Source: an uncultured Fimbriimonadaceae bacterium (lineage in GTDB: Bacteria > Armatimonadota > Fimbriimonadia > Fimbriimonadales > Fimbriimonadaceae). From it: a stretch of 64,000 nt of DNA. The stretch spans positions 2,122-66,121 of the forward strand of contig CALGMO010000082.1 in the NCBI GenBank assembly GCA_937961665.1, written 5' to 3'. Position numbers and translations under genes: made by a program. Position 1 is the first letter of the stretch, and every line of letters starts with the position of its first letter. This document shows, in pieces, positions 63,184 through 64,000 of the stretch. The notes beneath the pieces were generated by a model. The model was not told the DNA's origin. It did no database searches and saw nothing but the letters and a program-made list of their open reading frames with translations.

Positions 63184-64000
63184 CCCCGCGGCTTGTACAC
63201 CCGCACGTACTCGATCTCGTAGCGGTGGGGGAACAGGGACTCGTCGATCCCCTGGGCCCCGCCCCAAGCGCCGCCGATCGCCAGGTTCAGGATCAGGTAC
63301 TGAGGCTTGTCGAACGGCCAGGCGGCGTCTCCGGTCCCCTCGTTGCGATACACGAAGTAGCGGGTGTCGTCGAAGAAGAACTCGAGCCGGTCCGGGTACC
63401 ACTCCACGGCGTACACGTGGAACCGCTCCCACGGCTTGTCCGCCAGGATGCTGTTCCCCTTCCCGTTGCGCTTCATGTGGTTGTACGCCTCGGTGTGGAT
63501 GTTGGCGTGGATGCGGTTCGGGTCGAAGCCGACGTTCTCCAGGATGTCGATCTCCCCGCACTTGGGCCACCCGACCGTGCGCCGGTTCTCGCCCAGCGTC
63601 CAGATGGCGGGCCAGGTGCCGCGCCCCGTGGGGATCTTCGCCTTGACCTCGATCCTTCCGTACAGGATCGGCTTCTTGCCCGACGTGTGGAGGCTGGCCG
63701 AGGTGATCCGGTGGCCGTTCCAGTTGTCCAGACGCGCCTCGATCACAAGCCTGCCGTTCTCAACCCTCGCGTTCTCGCGTCGGTCGACGGTGTAGTACTG
63801 GGCCTCGCCGTTGCGGACGTAGCCCTCCTCGTAGCTCCAGATCGCGGGGTTGGGCCGGGGTCCCTTGTCGAACTCGTCGGCCCAGTCCAGCTTCCAGCGC
63901 TTGGGATCGAAGCGCACGACCGTGGGTTTGGTGTCCGAGCTGCCGGCGAGCCCGTCCTGCTGCGGCATCGTCGCCGCGAATCCGAAGAGAAAGAGGCTCA
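63180..64000 (-). CDS. Glycoside hydrolase family 16 (beta-glucanase/laminarinase-like); 5' end probably outside the window
   Basis: Catalytic GEIDILE (ExDxxE), WPAIWTLG and YAVEW. The frame stays open upstream of the track Met (…SLFLFGFAAT-MPQQ…, signal-peptide-like) to the window edge. Confidence 0.88.
   Translation of the reverse strand, partial: SLFLFGFAATMPQQDGLAGSSDTKPTVVRFDPKRWKLDWADEFDKGPRPNPAIWSYEEGYVRNGEAQYYTVDRRENARVENGRLVIEARLDNWNGHRITSASLHTSGKKPILYGRIEVKAKIPTGRGTWPAIWTLGENRRTVGWPKCGEIDILENVGFDPNRIHANIHTEAYNHMKRNGKGNSILADKPWERFHVYAVEWYPDRLEFFFDDTRYFVYRNEGTGDAAWPFDKPQYLILNLAIGGAWGGAQGIDESLFPHRYEIEYVRVYKPRG

Noticed and set aside
1-64000. Search for CRISPR arrays, tRNA/rRNA genes, IS elements, integrases, prophage or toxin-antitoxin/defence cassettes
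   Set aside because: All intergenic gaps are shorter than 320 bp and show no spaced repeats or cloverleaf-like segments. No ORF has transposase, integrase, nuclease-NTPase or other defence-type signatures that I can recognise. A by-eye scan cannot exclude small ncRNAs.

Overview
This is a very GC-rich, extremely gene-dense bacterial chromosomal segment (by eye, about two thirds or more G+C). I call about 58 protein-coding genes with almost no non-coding DNA. I found no rRNA, tRNA, CRISPR array, transposase, integrase or prophage signature.

Housekeeping genes: valS 3' end, a split comEC, recF plus a DUF721/DciA-like gene, serS, ftsZ, prmC, dut, an rluB-like gene, tag, nnr, adk-map-infA, a group-2-like sigma-70 factor, and mqnA.

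These are interleaved with glycan-utilisation genes:
- glycoside hydrolases: GH78-like, GH3, GH16 and two clan GH-A enzymes
- other enzymes: a BNR/Asp-box propeller, an SGNH esterase, DUF5077/DUF3472 and RhaM
- transporters: a RhaSTPQ-like ABC importer and a CUT1-type ABC importer
- three pseudopilin-like proteins

This repertoire resembles Armatimonadota/PVC-type heterotrophs, which is a lineage guess only.

Because of the GC content, every frame carries long Arg/Gly/Pro/Ala-rich shadow ORFs (up to 1463 aa). I called genes from family motifs recognised from memory, amino-acid composition and start/stop geometry. No searches were run.

Most notable observations:
1. Six DnaA-box-like 9-mers cluster around the only sizeable intergenic gap (4067-4348, beside recF). 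This is a candidate oriC with no dnaA or dnaN in the window.
2. An 800-aa ORF fuses a CUT1 solute-binding protein through an extra TM helix to a MalF-type permease.
3. A translationally coupled chain encodes two membrane FHA proteins and a vWA/MIDAS protein, with no kinase or phosphatase nearby.
4. Five of eleven convergent gene pairs share a 4-nt CTAG double stop, always in the context CGGCTAG.
5. comEC is split into two overlapping ORFs.
6. Canonical clusters (dnaA-dnaN-recF-gyrB, dcw/ftsQAZ, secY-adk-map-infA-rpmJ) are broken up, and no local sugar regulators are present.
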